From assembly GCA_005879315.1 (NCBI GenBank), contig VBLC01000035.1:65686-129685 (forward strand): a DNA stretch of 64,000 nt, in the 5' to 3' direction. The notes beneath the pieces are model-generated. The model searched no databases. It was not told the DNA's origin and saw only the letters and a program-made list of their open reading frames with translations. Made by a program: the position numbers and the translations under genes. Origin of the DNA: Deltaproteobacteria bacterium. Lineage in GTDB: Bacteria > Myxococcota > Myxococcia > Myxococcales > 40CM-4-68-19. Shown here in pieces: positions 17,741 to 26,590 of the stretch (its first letter is position 1; every line of letters begins with the position of its first letter).

Positions 17741-18595
17741 ATGCAGAACCCTGCCGCCGAAGAATTGAGGCTTCCCTCCGCCGACGAACGAGAGCTGAAA
17801 GCGGAGATCGAGGAGGCCCTCGCCGACCGGGCGCTCCTCCAGGGCCGCCACGGCCGGGCGGTGCGCGAGATCGTCTACCGGCTCGACCGCGGCACGCTGC
17901 GGGTGGCGGAGCGCGAGGCGCCCGGGCAGTGGAAGGTGCACGGCTTCATCCAGAACGCCATCAACCTCTACTTCACCCTCGCGCCGCTCGAGACGTACCG
18001 CGCCGGCGACCTGCAGTTCTTCGACAAGATTCCCCCCAAGCAGGACCTCGGCGAGTTCCGCGTCGTCCCGCCCGGCGTGGTCCGCTACGGCGCGCACGTC
18101 GAGAAGGGCGCGGTGGTGATGCCCGGCTACGTCAACATCGGAGCGCGCGTCGGCAGCGGCTCGATGGTGGATACCTGGGCCACCGTCGGCTCCTGCGCGC
18201 AGGTCGGCCGCGGCGTGCACCTCTCGGGCGGCGTCGGACTGGGCGGCGTGCTCGAACCGCCTGGCGCGCGGCCCGTCATCGTCGAGGACGGCGCGTTCAT
18301 CGGCAGCCGCTGCATCGTGGTCGAGGGCGTCATCGTCGAGGAGGAAGCCGTGGTCGGCGCCGGCACCGTCCTCACCGGCTCGACTCCCATCTACGACGTC
18401 ACCGGCAAGGAAGAAAAAATCCACAAGGGGCGCGTGCCGGCGCGCAGCGTGGTCATCCCCGGCATGCGGCCGCGCAGATTTCCCGCCGGCGAATACCTCA
18501 CGCCCTGCGCGCTGATCATCGGCACGCGCAAGGAGAGCACCGACCGCAAGACCTCGCTCAACGCCGCGCTGCGCGACTTCGGGGTCTCCGTCTGA
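17741..18595 (+). CDS. dapD: 2,3,4,5-tetrahydropyridine-2,6-dicarboxylate N-succinyltransferase
   Basis: Left-handed beta-helix hexapeptide repeats (GAVVMPGYVNIGARVGSGSMVDTWATVGSCAQVG...). ATG 17741 preferred over GTG 17720. Confidence 0.85.
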   Translation: MQNPAAEELRLPSADERELKAEIEEALADRALLQGRHGRAVREIVYRLDRGTLRVAEREAPGQWKVHGFIQNAINLYFTLAPLETYRAGDLQFFDKIPPKQDLGEFRVVPPGVVRYGAHVEKGAVVMPGYVNIGARVGSGSMVDTWATVGSCAQVGRGVHLSGGVGLGGVLEPPGARPVIVEDGAFIGSRCIVVEGVIVEEEAVVGAGTVLTGSTPIYDVTGKEEKIHKGRVPARSVVIPGMRPRRFPAGEYLTPCALIIGTRKESTDRKTSLNAALRDFGVSV

Positions 18596-19641
18596 TGGAC
18601 CTGGCCGAGCGGGCGCTCGCGCTCTGCGCCATCCGCAGTCCCGTCGGGGAGGAGGCGGAGATCGCCCGCTACGTCTCCGAAGAGACCGGCGGCGAGCGCA
18701 TCGGCAACGCCGTCGTTCTCGGCAGCGTCACCGGCAAGAAGCCGGCGGTGATCCTCGCCGGGCATCTCGACACCGTGCCGCTGCAGCCCGGCGACTTCCC
18801 CCCGCGGCGCGAAGAAGGCCGCATCTTCGGCCGCGGCGCTTCCGACATGAAGGGCGCCCTGGCGGTGATGATCGAGCTGTGGAAGAGCCTCGATCACAAG
18901 GCGCTGCCGCTGGAATTGGTCGAAGTCTTCTACGACCGCGAGGAGGGGCCCTTCGAGCAGAACGGCCTCGGCCCACTGTTGGAGGCGCGCCCGGATCTGC
19001 ACAAGGCCTCGCTCGCGCTCTGTCTCGAGCCCACCGACCTCGCGCTGCAGGTCGGCTGCTGCGGTTCGATCCACGCCACCCTCACCTTCCTCGGCCGCAG
19101 CGCGCACTCGGCGCGGCCCTGGCAGGGCGACAACGCCATCCACAAGGCGGGCGCGCTCTTGCTTTATCTGCAGTCGCTCACACCGCGCGACGTGCAGGTG
19201 GGCGAGCTGGGCTACCGCGAGGTCATGAGCATCACCCGCATCGAGGGCTTCACCGGCCGCAACGTCGTCCCCGCCCGCTGCGAGATGAACCTCAACTTCC
19301 GCTTCGCTCCCGGCCGCACCGTCGACGACGCGGCCAAGGACGTCGAGGCGCTGGCGCGCCGTTTCGGCGCCGATTGCAAAGTCACCGACCGCGCGCCCGC
19401 CGGCCCGGTCATTCTCGACAATGCCCTCTTGCAGGAGCTGCGCGCCATCACTGCGGCGCCGGTCGAAGCCAAGCAGGCCTGGACCGATGTGGCCCAGCTC
19501 GGCGCGCTGGGGATCCCCGCCGCCAACTTCGGCCCCGGAGAGCAGGTGCAGGCGCACCAGAAGAACGAGAGCTGCAGCGAAGAGGCCCTGCGCCGCGGCT
19601 ACCGCATGCTGGAGCGGTTCCTCAGCGGGGCGGTGACGTGA
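18595..19641 (+). CDS. dapE: succinyl-diaminopimelate desuccinylase (M20 peptidase)
   Basis: TGATG junction with dapD. Motifs: AGHLDTVP, GRGASDMKG, and the dimerisation-domain pattern. Embedded in track ORF 17047..19641. Confidence 0.8.
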   Translation: MDLAERALALCAIRSPVGEEAEIARYVSEETGGERIGNAVVLGSVTGKKPAVILAGHLDTVPLQPGDFPPRREEGRIFGRGASDMKGALAVMIELWKSLDHKALPLELVEVFYDREEGPFEQNGLGPLLEARPDLHKASLALCLEPTDLALQVGCCGSIHATLTFLGRSAHSARPWQGDNAIHKAGALLLYLQSLTPRDVQVGELGYREVMSITRIEGFTGRNVVPARCEMNLNFRFAPGRTVDDAAKDVEALARRFGADCKVTDRAPAGPVILDNALLQELRAITAAPVEAKQAWTDVAQLGALGIPAANFGPGEQVQAHQKNESCSEEALRRGYRMLERFLSGAVT

Positions 19642-20165
19642 TCGAGGCGTTCGTCGCGCTCGGTTCGAATCTGGGCGATCGGCTCGCGAATCTCGGGGCC
19701 GCGGTCGACTGGATCGCTCGCGAGCCGGGGTTGTCGCTGCGCCGCGTCTCGCTCGCCTACCAGACGGAGCCGGTCGGGCCGCCGCAGCCGCGCTATCTCA
19801 ACGCCGCGGCTCAGGTCGGTTCGCTGCTCACGCCGCGGGTCATGCTGCAGCGGCTGCACTTCATCGAGGATGCGCTCGGGCGCGTGCGCCGCGAGCGGTG
19901 GGGCGCGCGACAGGTCGATCTCGATCTGCTCCTCTATGGCGACCGCGTGCTCGAGGGCACGCCCCAGGTCCCGCATCCGCGCATGCACCAGCGCGCCTTC
20001 GTGCTCGTACCGCTGGCGGAGATCGCGCCGCAGGCGGTGCATCCTCTGCTCGAGTCGACCGCCGCGGAGCTGCTCGCCCGGCTGCCGGCGGCGGAGCGCG
20101 CGTCGGTGCGGCCCTATCGTCTCATCCGCAGGCCGCTGCCGGAGCCGGAGGAGGAGCCGAAGTGA
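19638..20165 (+). CDS. folK: 2-amino-4-hydroxy-6-hydroxymethyldihydropteridine diphosphokinase
   Basis: GTG 19638 overlaps the end of dapE. Sequence VIEAFVALGSNLGDR...RWGARQVDLDLLLYG...PHPRMHQRAFVLVPL shows the classic HPPK motifs. Confidence 0.85.
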   Translation: MIEAFVALGSNLGDRLANLGAAVDWIAREPGLSLRRVSLAYQTEPVGPPQPRYLNAAAQVGSLLTPRVMLQRLHFIEDALGRVRRERWGARQVDLDLLLYGDRVLEGTPQVPHPRMHQRAFVLVPLAEIAPQAVHPLLESTAAELLARLPAAERASVRPYRLIRRPLPEPEEEPK

Positions 20166-21394
20166 GGCGACTCGTCTGTCTGGCCGTTGCGCTCGCCGCC
20201 TGCAGGCCCTCGGCCCCGGCTGCTGTCGACGCCGGCGCGATCGATCCCGGCGACTCCAAGGCGCTGCTCGCCGAAGTGGATCGTCTCAAGGACCAGCTCA
20301 AGGACAAGCCGAAGACCTTCGAGGTGCTGAACGCGCTGGGCAACCTCTATTACGAGAACGGGCGCTATCTCGAGGTAGTCGATTCCTTCCGCCAGGCTCT
20401 CGAGCTCGCCGGTCCCGCCGAGGCGCAGGCCGCGGCGCTGAAGAAGCAGGGCGTGCGGCCCGCCGCCGAGCTTCCCGCCGAATGCCGCCGCGCCGGCGCC
20501 GAATATGGCCTGGCGCAGATCGCGGTGGCGGCGGCGAAGATGGATCCCCCCAAAGCGCGCCGCTGCCTCGATTCCGCGCTGGAGATGGCGCTCGCCGCGC
20601 GGGCGCGCCGCGGTAATGCGCTCTACCTCATCGGCAACTCCGACGGCGCGCTGGCGGAGCACAGAAAGGTTCTCGAGCGCTCGCCCGACTATCCCGAGTC
20701 GCTTTTTTTCGTCGGGGCCATCCTGCTCGAGCAAAGCCAGGGCGACAAGGCAAAGCTCGCCGAGGGCAAGAAGCACTGGCAGCGGCTCTTGCAGGTCGCG
20801 CCCGACCATCCTCGCGCGGCGCTGGTGAAAGAGACGCTGCCGAAGGCCGACGAGGTCTTCAAGCCGCAGCTCCCGGCAGGCCATCCGCAGGCTGCGGAAT
20901 TGCCGCCGGGCCACCCAAAAGTAGGCGGCGGCCAGGCCGGTGCGCCGATGGCTCACGCCGGCAACGAGCCCACCGCCGAGGAAGTCCGGAATCTGCAGGA
21001 CGCCGTGCAGAACACCGAGCGCACGCCCGAGCTGGAGAAGGGGCTCGACGAGCTGCTGGCGCAGGGCGAGAAGGCGCTCGACGAGGGCAGGTATCAGGAC
21101 GCGCGCGATGCGGTCGTGCGGGTGATGCCGATGCGGCCCAACGACGCGCGCACCGCGGCCGCGCTGGGCGGGGCGATGCGCGGCCTCGGCCGGCTGGAGA
21201 TGGCGGAGCGCACGCTCTCGACCGCGCTGCGCGCGGATCCGAAACAGCCGCGCGCCCTCTACGAGATGGGCAAGCTCGAGGCGCAGCGAGGAAACAAGGA
21301 GCGCGCGCTGGAGGATTTCCGGACGCTGCGAGCCGCCGACGCCAGGTGGGCCCAGGCGCACAAGGTCGATCAGGAGATCGAACGCCTGCGCTGA
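20162..21394 (+). CDS. TPR-repeat lipoprotein
   Basis: GTGA overlap with the folK stop. Signal VRRLVCLAVALAAC. TPR-like helices (LGNLYYENGRYLEVVDSFRQAL...). Internal P(A/P)GHP repeats. Confidence 0.7.
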   Translation: MRRLVCLAVALAACRPSAPAAVDAGAIDPGDSKALLAEVDRLKDQLKDKPKTFEVLNALGNLYYENGRYLEVVDSFRQALELAGPAEAQAAALKKQGVRPAAELPAECRRAGAEYGLAQIAVAAAKMDPPKARRCLDSALEMALAARARRGNALYLIGNSDGALAEHRKVLERSPDYPESLFFVGAILLEQSQGDKAKLAEGKKHWQRLLQVAPDHPRAALVKETLPKADEVFKPQLPAGHPQAAELPPGHPKVGGGQAGAPMAHAGNEPTAEEVRNLQDAVQNTERTPELEKGLDELLAQGEKALDEGRYQDARDAVVRVMPMRPNDARTAAALGGAMRGLGRLEMAERTLSTALRADPKQPRALYEMGKLEAQRGNKERALEDFRTLRAADARWAQAHKVDQEIERLR

Positions 21395-21502
21395 CCCCGG
21401 GCTGGCGGGCGAGCGGATCGCGCGCGGCGTGCGCAAGCTGGAAAAACGGCAGCAGCGCAGGCCGAAAACCATTGCCGCTCGGCGGCTGGGAGGTCGTCAC
21501 CC

Positions 21503-22096
21503 ATGGACGCGATCGCTTTGCTCACCCGCGACCACCGCGAGGTGAAGCAGCTCTTTGCTCAGTTCGAGAAGCTGACGGAGCGCGCGGCGAAGTCGAAAGA
21601 GAAGCTGGTGCTGAAGATGATCCGCGAGCTGGCCATCCACTCGGCGGTGGAAGAGATGCTCTTCTATCCGGCGGTGCGCTCGGCCGGGCTGAAGGCGGGC
21701 ACGCGCGTCGGCGAGCAAGTGGCCGACTCCATCCTCGAGTCGCTCGAGGAGCACCACATCGTCAAGTGGACGCTCTCGGAGCTGGAGAAGATGGACGCCG
21801 ACGACGAGCGCTTCGACGCCAAGGTCAAGGTGCTGATCGAGAGCGTCAAGCACCACGTGGAGGAGGAGGAAGGCGAGCTCTTCCCCAAGGTGCGCAAGCT
21901 GCTCGAGCCGCAGATGCTGGCGGAGCTCGGCGTGCGGATGGAGAAGGCCAAGAAGCTGGCGCCGACGCGGCCGCACCCGCGCGCGCCCGACATGCCGCCG
22001 GGGAACATCGTGGCCGGCTCGGTGGCGGCCATCATGGACCGCGGCAAGGACTTGATGCGCGACGTGCTCACGCGAGAGAAGCGTCCGCAGGCGTGA
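21503..22096 (+). CDS. hemerythrin (HHE cation-binding) domain protein
   Basis: 197 aa. LLTRDHREVKQLF and HHVEEEEGELFP are the typical His/Glu ligand motifs. GGGAGG lies upstream of the ATG. Confidence 0.8.
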   Translation: MDAIALLTRDHREVKQLFAQFEKLTERAAKSKEKLVLKMIRELAIHSAVEEMLFYPAVRSAGLKAGTRVGEQVADSILESLEEHHIVKWTLSELEKMDADDERFDAKVKVLIESVKHHVEEEEGELFPKVRKLLEPQMLAELGVRMEKAKKLAPTRPHPRAPDMPPGNIVAGSVAAIMDRGKDLMRDVLTREKRPQA

Positions 22097-22097
22097 G

Positions 22098-22571
22098 TCA
22101 GGCCCGCTTCTTGAACGACCATTCGATGGTGAAGTCGGCGATCTGCGAGCCGTCGCGCTGCGTGCCCACCGAGCGCGCCTTGTAGACCACGGGCGCGCCG
22201 GTGCGGACCGCCTGCGCGATTGCGGCGCGCATCTGTGCGCCGTCGGAGAAGACGAAGCGCGCTTCGCTGACCGCCTTCTTGGTGAACTGCGCCGAGAGGC
22301 TGGTGACGAGCGACGAGACGCTCGCGCCGCTCTGCTCGATGAACCAGAGCGCGGCGGCGCCGGTGGACATCTCCGCGGCCATCGCCTGCGCGGCGAAGTA
22401 GGTCGAGCCGAAGGGATTCTGCGTCTTCCAGCCCGCGGGCAGCGAGACTTCGGCGCCGCTCTCGTCCAGGCGGCGGACGCGCAGGCCGGCGAAGGCGGCG
22501 AGCGGCAGCTTCCACCAGAGCCCGGCGCGGCTGGTGAATGGATTGGTGAACATGAAGCGCGTGCGGCTCAC
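22098..22571 (-). CDS. hotdog-fold thioesterase-like protein (DUF4442/YiiD_C-like, from memory)
   Basis: 157 aa. GTGA overlap with the upstream gene. Pattern LRVRRLDESGAEVSLP...NPFGSTYFAAQAMAAEMSTG. Confidence 0.5.
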   Translation of the reverse strand: MSRTRFMFTNPFTSRAGLWWKLPLAAFAGLRVRRLDESGAEVSLPAGWKTQNPFGSTYFAAQAMAAEMSTGAAALWFIEQSGASVSSLVTSLSAQFTKKAVSEARFVFSDGAQMRAAIAQAVRTGAPVVYKARSVGTQRDGSQIADFTIEWSFKKRA

Positions 22572-23368
22572 TTGAGGATTTCGTCGAGCGCGGAATTGAA
22601 CGCCGCTTCATCGTCGAGCATCAGCCAGTGGCTCACGCCGGCGAGGGTCCGCCGTTGCACCCCTGGCAACCGGGAGGCCGCGAAAGGCGCCTCGCCCTCG
22701 GCCTCGATGGCGAACTTCGGCCCGGAATAGCGCGCCGCCTGCTCTGCCAGCGAGGCTTCGACCAGCGCCTGCCGCAGCTCGACGAAGGCGCGCGGGTCGC
22801 ACTTCTCCAGATCCGCCAGCACCTTCTCGCGGGTCTGCGGCTTCGCCTTGGGGCCGAGCATCTCGCCGAACATGGACTTCAATTGCGGCACGCCCAGGTC
22901 GGGCGGCGCGTCGCGAAACCACTTCTTCAGCTCGGGCGAGGCGTCCCTCAGGTCGCCCACGGCATCGACATAGACGAGCCCCGCCACCCGCTCGCCGTGG
23001 TTGGCCGCATAGGTCGAGAGCACGGCGCCCGACATGCTGTGGCCCACCAGCCAGAATTTGTTCAAGCGCACGAGGCCGGCCACGGTCTCGAGGTCGTCGG
23101 CGAGCGAGTCCAGCGTGTATTTCTGCGCGCGGTCGGAGGCGCCGTGGCCGCGCTGGTCGTAGGCGACGACGCGCCGCGAGCCGCGCAGGTGATCGATCTG
23201 CCCGCGCCAGACCTCGGCGCTGCCGCACAGGCCAGGCAGGAAGACGACGGGCACGCCGCCGCTCCCTGCGTCGACGACGCGCAGGCCGTTGATCTTCTCG
23301 GCCGGCGCCGGCTTCGCTCCGGCGCAGCCTGCCGCGATCGCTGCGATCGCCATGATTGCCCACTTCAT
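22568..23368 (-). CDS. secreted/lipoprotein alpha/beta hydrolase
   Basis: 266 aa. Signal MKWAIMAIAAIAAGC. Nucleophile elbow GHSMSG. VVFLPGL oxyanion region. Confidence 0.8.
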   Translation of the reverse strand: MKWAIMAIAAIAAGCAGAKPAPAEKINGLRVVDAGSGGVPVVFLPGLCGSAEVWRGQIDHLRGSRRVVAYDQRGHGASDRAQKYTLDSLADDLETVAGLVRLNKFWLVGHSMSGAVLSTYAANHGERVAGLVYVDAVGDLRDASPELKKWFRDAPPDLGVPQLKSMFGEMLGPKAKPQTREKVLADLEKCDPRAFVELRQALVEASLAEQAARYSGPKFAIEAEGEAPFAASRLPGVQRRTLAGVSHWLMLDDEAAFNSALDEILK

Positions 23369-24057
23369 CGATCGCGCTCCCAGGGCCTGGGCGGCGACTT
23401 CACCCGGCGCAGGTTCGCCTCGCGCTGCTCCTGGAGCGTGCGCCGCTCCTCGGCGGAGAGCGGCGTGGGCGGCCGGCGCAAGGAGGCGAGCAGCTGCACC
23501 CGCGCCACGCCCTCGATCATCTCCATCTTGTCGCAGCCGTCGAAGAGCGCGCGGTGGCCGAAGCCCATCGCCAAGGCGCCGTGGCGCTCCATCAAGACGC
23601 AGTCGGCGTTCTTCAAGAGGGGCCGCACCGCATCCGCCACCAGCGCCGTCCCCGGCGTCGCGTAGCGCGCGGTGGGAACTTCGCCCAGCGCCGTCACCGC
23701 TTCCGGCATGCAGGGCACGAGATCCTCTCCCGCGAGCGTCAGCGCCACCGCGTGCGGCGGATGGGCATGCACCACCGCCAGGCAGTCCTCGCGCTCCTCG
23801 TAGCAGGCGACGTGCAGCTGCATCTCGGAGGACGGCCGCCGCAGCTCGTGCAGTGAATCGCCGGAGAGATCGGTCGCGACCAGCTGGTCCGCGGAGAGAA
23901 AGCCCTTGTTCACTCCGCTCGGCGTGCAGAGCAGCCGCCGCGGCCCCAGCCGGCAGGAGAGATTTCCTTCGCCGCCGTTGATCAGGCCGCGCTGGTAGAG
24001 GCGCCGGCCGATCTCGACCATCGCCTCGCGCGCGGCGCGCTCGCTGGGAAAATCCAT
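23365..24057 (-). CDS. class II aldolase/adducin-family protein
   Basis: 230 aa. Motifs: GGEGNLS, SGV.KG, and HAHPPHAV (zinc histidines). Confidence 0.8.
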   Translation of the reverse strand: MDFPSERAAREAMVEIGRRLYQRGLINGGEGNLSCRLGPRRLLCTPSGVNKGFLSADQLVATDLSGDSLHELRRPSSEMQLHVACYEEREDCLAVVHAHPPHAVALTLAGEDLVPCMPEAVTALGEVPTARYATPGTALVADAVRPLLKNADCVLMERHGALAMGFGHRALFDGCDKMEMIEGVARVQLLASLRRPPTPLSAEERRTLQEQREANLRRVKSPPRPWERDR

Positions 24058-25094
24058 CAGAAGAGCCGCGCAGCGAGGAGGTCCTGCACGTCGAGCAGGC
24101 CCACCGGCCGGCCCTCGCTGTCGACCACCGGCAGCTGGTCGACCTGGCTGCTGCGCAGCATTTCGGCAGCGGTCTGCGCCAGGTCGTCGGGGCCCACCGT
24201 CCGCGGGCTCTTGCCCATGACGGCGCTGACCGGCCTGGTGAAGTCCGTCTCGTCCTGCTGCACCAGGCGCCGCAGGTCGCCGTCGGTGAAGATGCCGATC
24301 AATTTCCCCTGCGCGTCGACCACGCTCGCCGCGCCGGGACGGCCCTCGGTGCGCGTCATCACCGCTGCGGTCTCGCGCAACGAAGCGTTGCCGCGCACCG
24401 TCGGGTTGCGATCGCCGGTGCGCATCACGTCCCGCACGCGCAAGAGCTGCCGGCCGAGCGCGCCGCCGGGATGGAGCGAGGCGAACTGCTCGGGCGAGAA
24501 GCCGCGCTTCTGCTGCACTGCCATGCAGAGAGCATCGCCCAGCGCGAGCAGCGCGACGGTGGAGGCGGTGGGGGCCAGGCCGAGAGGGCAGGCCTCCGGA
24601 ACAGGGCCGATCTCGAGGACCACGTCGGCCGCATCGGCGAGCGGGCTGCGCAGCCCGCTGGTCAGAGCGACGATGGGCGCCCCCAGCCGCCGCAGCGAGG
24701 GGAGCAGCCGCACGAGCTCGTCGGTCTCGCCGCTGTTCGACAGCGCCAGCACCATGTCGCCGGGGACCAGCCGCCCCAGATCGCCGTGCAGCGCTTCCGC
24801 GGGATGCAGATAGAGCGAAGGGGTGCCGGTCGAGGCGAAAGTCGCGGAGATCTTCTGCGCGATGAATCCCGGCTTTCCCATGCCGGTGACCACCACCCGG
24901 CCCTGGCAGGCGAGCACCATCTCCACCGCGCGGGCGAAGGTGCCGTTCAGCCGGCCGACCAGCTGGGCCACGGCCGCGGCCTCGGCGCGCACCACCTCGC
25001 GCGCGTAGCCGACGATGTCCTGCTTGGGATGGGCGACCGACTGGAGCCGTCTTCGGGAAGTTGCCATTCGAGTCGTTGAGCGCGCGTCTACCAC
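24057..25094 (-). CDS. kpsF: arabinose-5-phosphate isomerase (KpsF/GutQ type: SIS + tandem CBS)
   Basis: Motifs: VVVTGMGKPGFIA, SNSGETDE, then two CBS repeats. The start is uncertain (GTG 25094 or ATG 25067). Confidence 0.85.
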   Translation of the reverse strand: MVDARSTTRMATSRRRLQSVAHPKQDIVGYAREVVRAEAAAVAQLVGRLNGTFARAVEMVLACQGRVVVTGMGKPGFIAQKISATFASTGTPSLYLHPAEALHGDLGRLVPGDMVLALSNSGETDELVRLLPSLRRLGAPIVALTSGLRSPLADAADVVLEIGPVPEACPLGLAPTASTVALLALGDALCMAVQQKRGFSPEQFASLHPGGALGRQLLRVRDVMRTGDRNPTVRGNASLRETAAVMTRTEGRPGAASVVDAQGKLIGIFTDGDLRRLVQQDETDFTRPVSAVMGKSPRTVGPDDLAQTAAEMLRSSQVDQLPVVDSEGRPVGLLDVQDLLAARLF

Positions 25095-25117
25095 GTTCCG
25101 AGGCGGCGCGTCATCAC

Positions 25118-25146
25118 TTGACGCAGAGCGCGCCGCGACCTATCTG
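25118..25146 (+). promoter_or_regulatory. candidate sigma-70 promoter of tetR-etfBA
   Basis: TTGACG (25118-25123), 17-nt spacer, TATCTG (25141-25146). Located 27 nt upstream of the tetR ATG. Confidence 0.4.
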
Positions 25147-25162
25147 AATGAGCCCTCATTCA
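25145..25162. promoter_or_regulatory. perfect palindromic operator TGAATGAG-CC-CTCATTCA (FadR-box-like)
   Basis: An 8-2-8 perfect inverted repeat overlapping the -10 element, 10 nt upstream of the TetR start codon. Confidence 0.6.
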
Positions 25163-25172
25163 TCCAGACCCG

Positions 25173-25793
25173 ATGCACAAGGCGACGGCCACCGCTTTCA
25201 GGCAGGACAAGCGCGCGCGCATCCTCGACGCGGCCGTCAAGGTCTTCGCCGGACGCGGTTTTCACAGCGCCACGGTGGCCGAGATCGCCCGGGTGGCGGG
25301 CGTGGCCGACGGCACCATCTACCTCTATTTCAAGAGCAAAGACGATCTTCTCCTCCGCCTCTTCGACGAGAAGATGACCGACCTTCTCGCTCAGTTGCGC
25401 GCCGCGCTGGCGGAAGAGAAATCGGCGCCGGCGCGATTGCGCCGCTTCATCCAGCTGCATCTATCGCTCGTCGAACGCAATCCCGACCTGGCGGCGGTGC
25501 TGATCGTCGAGCTGCGGCAGAGCGCGCAGTTCATCAAGGCCGCCGACCGCGCCAAGCTGGCCGCGTATGTCGACCTGATCGCAGAGGTCGTCAGGGCCGG
25601 GCAGGAAACGGGCGAGCTGTCCGCGGCGATCTCCCCCGCCACGGTGAAGAGGGCCGTCTTCGGGGCCCTCGATGAGCTGGCTCTCGGCTGGCTTCTTTCC
25701 GGCCGGCGGACGAGCTTGAAGAAGACCGCGGCCGAAGTCGCGGAATGGCTGGTGCGCGGGCTTCTGCCCGCGCAGAACGGAGGCAGGTCTTGA
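25173..25793 (+). CDS. TetR/AcrR family transcriptional regulator (FadR-like by context)
   Basis: 206 aa. HTH segment: ILDAAVKVFAGRGFHSATVAEIARVAGVADGTIYLYFKSKDDLL. Directly precedes etfBA. Confidence 0.85.
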   Translation: MHKATATAFRQDKRARILDAAVKVFAGRGFHSATVAEIARVAGVADGTIYLYFKSKDDLLLRLFDEKMTDLLAQLRAALAEEKSAPARLRRFIQLHLSLVERNPDLAAVLIVELRQSAQFIKAADRAKLAAYVDLIAEVVRAGQETGELSAAISPATVKRAVFGALDELALGWLLSGRRTSLKKTAAEVAEWLVRGLLPAQNGGRS

Positions 25794-26590
25794 AGATTCT
25801 CGTCACCGTCAAGCGGGTCGAGGACTACGAGTCCAAGATCAAGGTGAAGCCCGACAATTCCTGGATCGTCACCGAGGGCGTGAACTACCGGGCCAACCCT
25901 TTCGACGAGATCGCCGTCGAGGAGGCGCTGCGGCTGCGCGACGCGAACATGCCCTCGGAAGTCGTCGTGGCCAGCATCGGCAGCGGGGCGGCGCAGGCCG
26001 AGATCCGCTCAGCGCTGGCGATGGGCGCAGACCGCGGCATCCTCGTCAAGCACGACGGATTCGTCGACAGCGACGGCGTGGCACGGCTGCTGGCGAAGCT
26101 CGGCGAGAAGGAGAAGCCCGACCTCGTCTTGATGGGCAAGCAGGCGGTCGACGTCGACGACAACGTCACGGGGCAGCTCCTCGCCGAATATCTCTCCTGG
26201 GGGCAGGTGACCTTCGCCTCGAAGAAAGAGTCTCTGGAGTCGCCCGAGGAGAAGGCGAAGAAGCCGGGCATCCAGCTCGCGGCCGACAAGAAGTCCGCCC
26301 AGGTCGTGCGCGAGGTGGACGGCGGCGTGGAGACGCTGGAAGTGCAGCTGCCGGCGGTGGTGACGGTGGACCTGCGCCTGAACGTCCCGCGCTACGCCTC
26401 GTTGCCCAACATCATGAAGGCGAAGAAGAAGCCGATCGAGGAGCTCACGCCGCAAGCGCTCGGCGTCGACGTCGCCCCCAAGGTCAAAGTCGTCCGCGTC
26501 GAGTCGCCGCCCGCGCGCAAGGCGGGAATCAAGGTCCCCGACGTGGCCTCGCTGGTGAAGAAGCTCCATGAAGAAGCGAAGGTGATCTGA
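25790..26590 (+). CDS. etfB: electron transfer flavoprotein subunit beta
   Basis: TTG 25790 (TTGA overlap with the tetR stop, GGAGG upstream) gives MKILVTVKRVEDYESKIKV... The rest is typical EtfB. Confidence 0.85.
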   Translation: MKILVTVKRVEDYESKIKVKPDNSWIVTEGVNYRANPFDEIAVEEALRLRDANMPSEVVVASIGSGAAQAEIRSALAMGADRGILVKHDGFVDSDGVARLLAKLGEKEKPDLVLMGKQAVDVDDNVTGQLLAEYLSWGQVTFASKKESLESPEEKAKKPGIQLAADKKSAQVVREVDGGVETLEVQLPAVVTVDLRLNVPRYASLPNIMKAKKKPIEELTPQALGVDVAPKVKVVRVESPPARKAGIKVPDVASLVKKLHEEAKVI

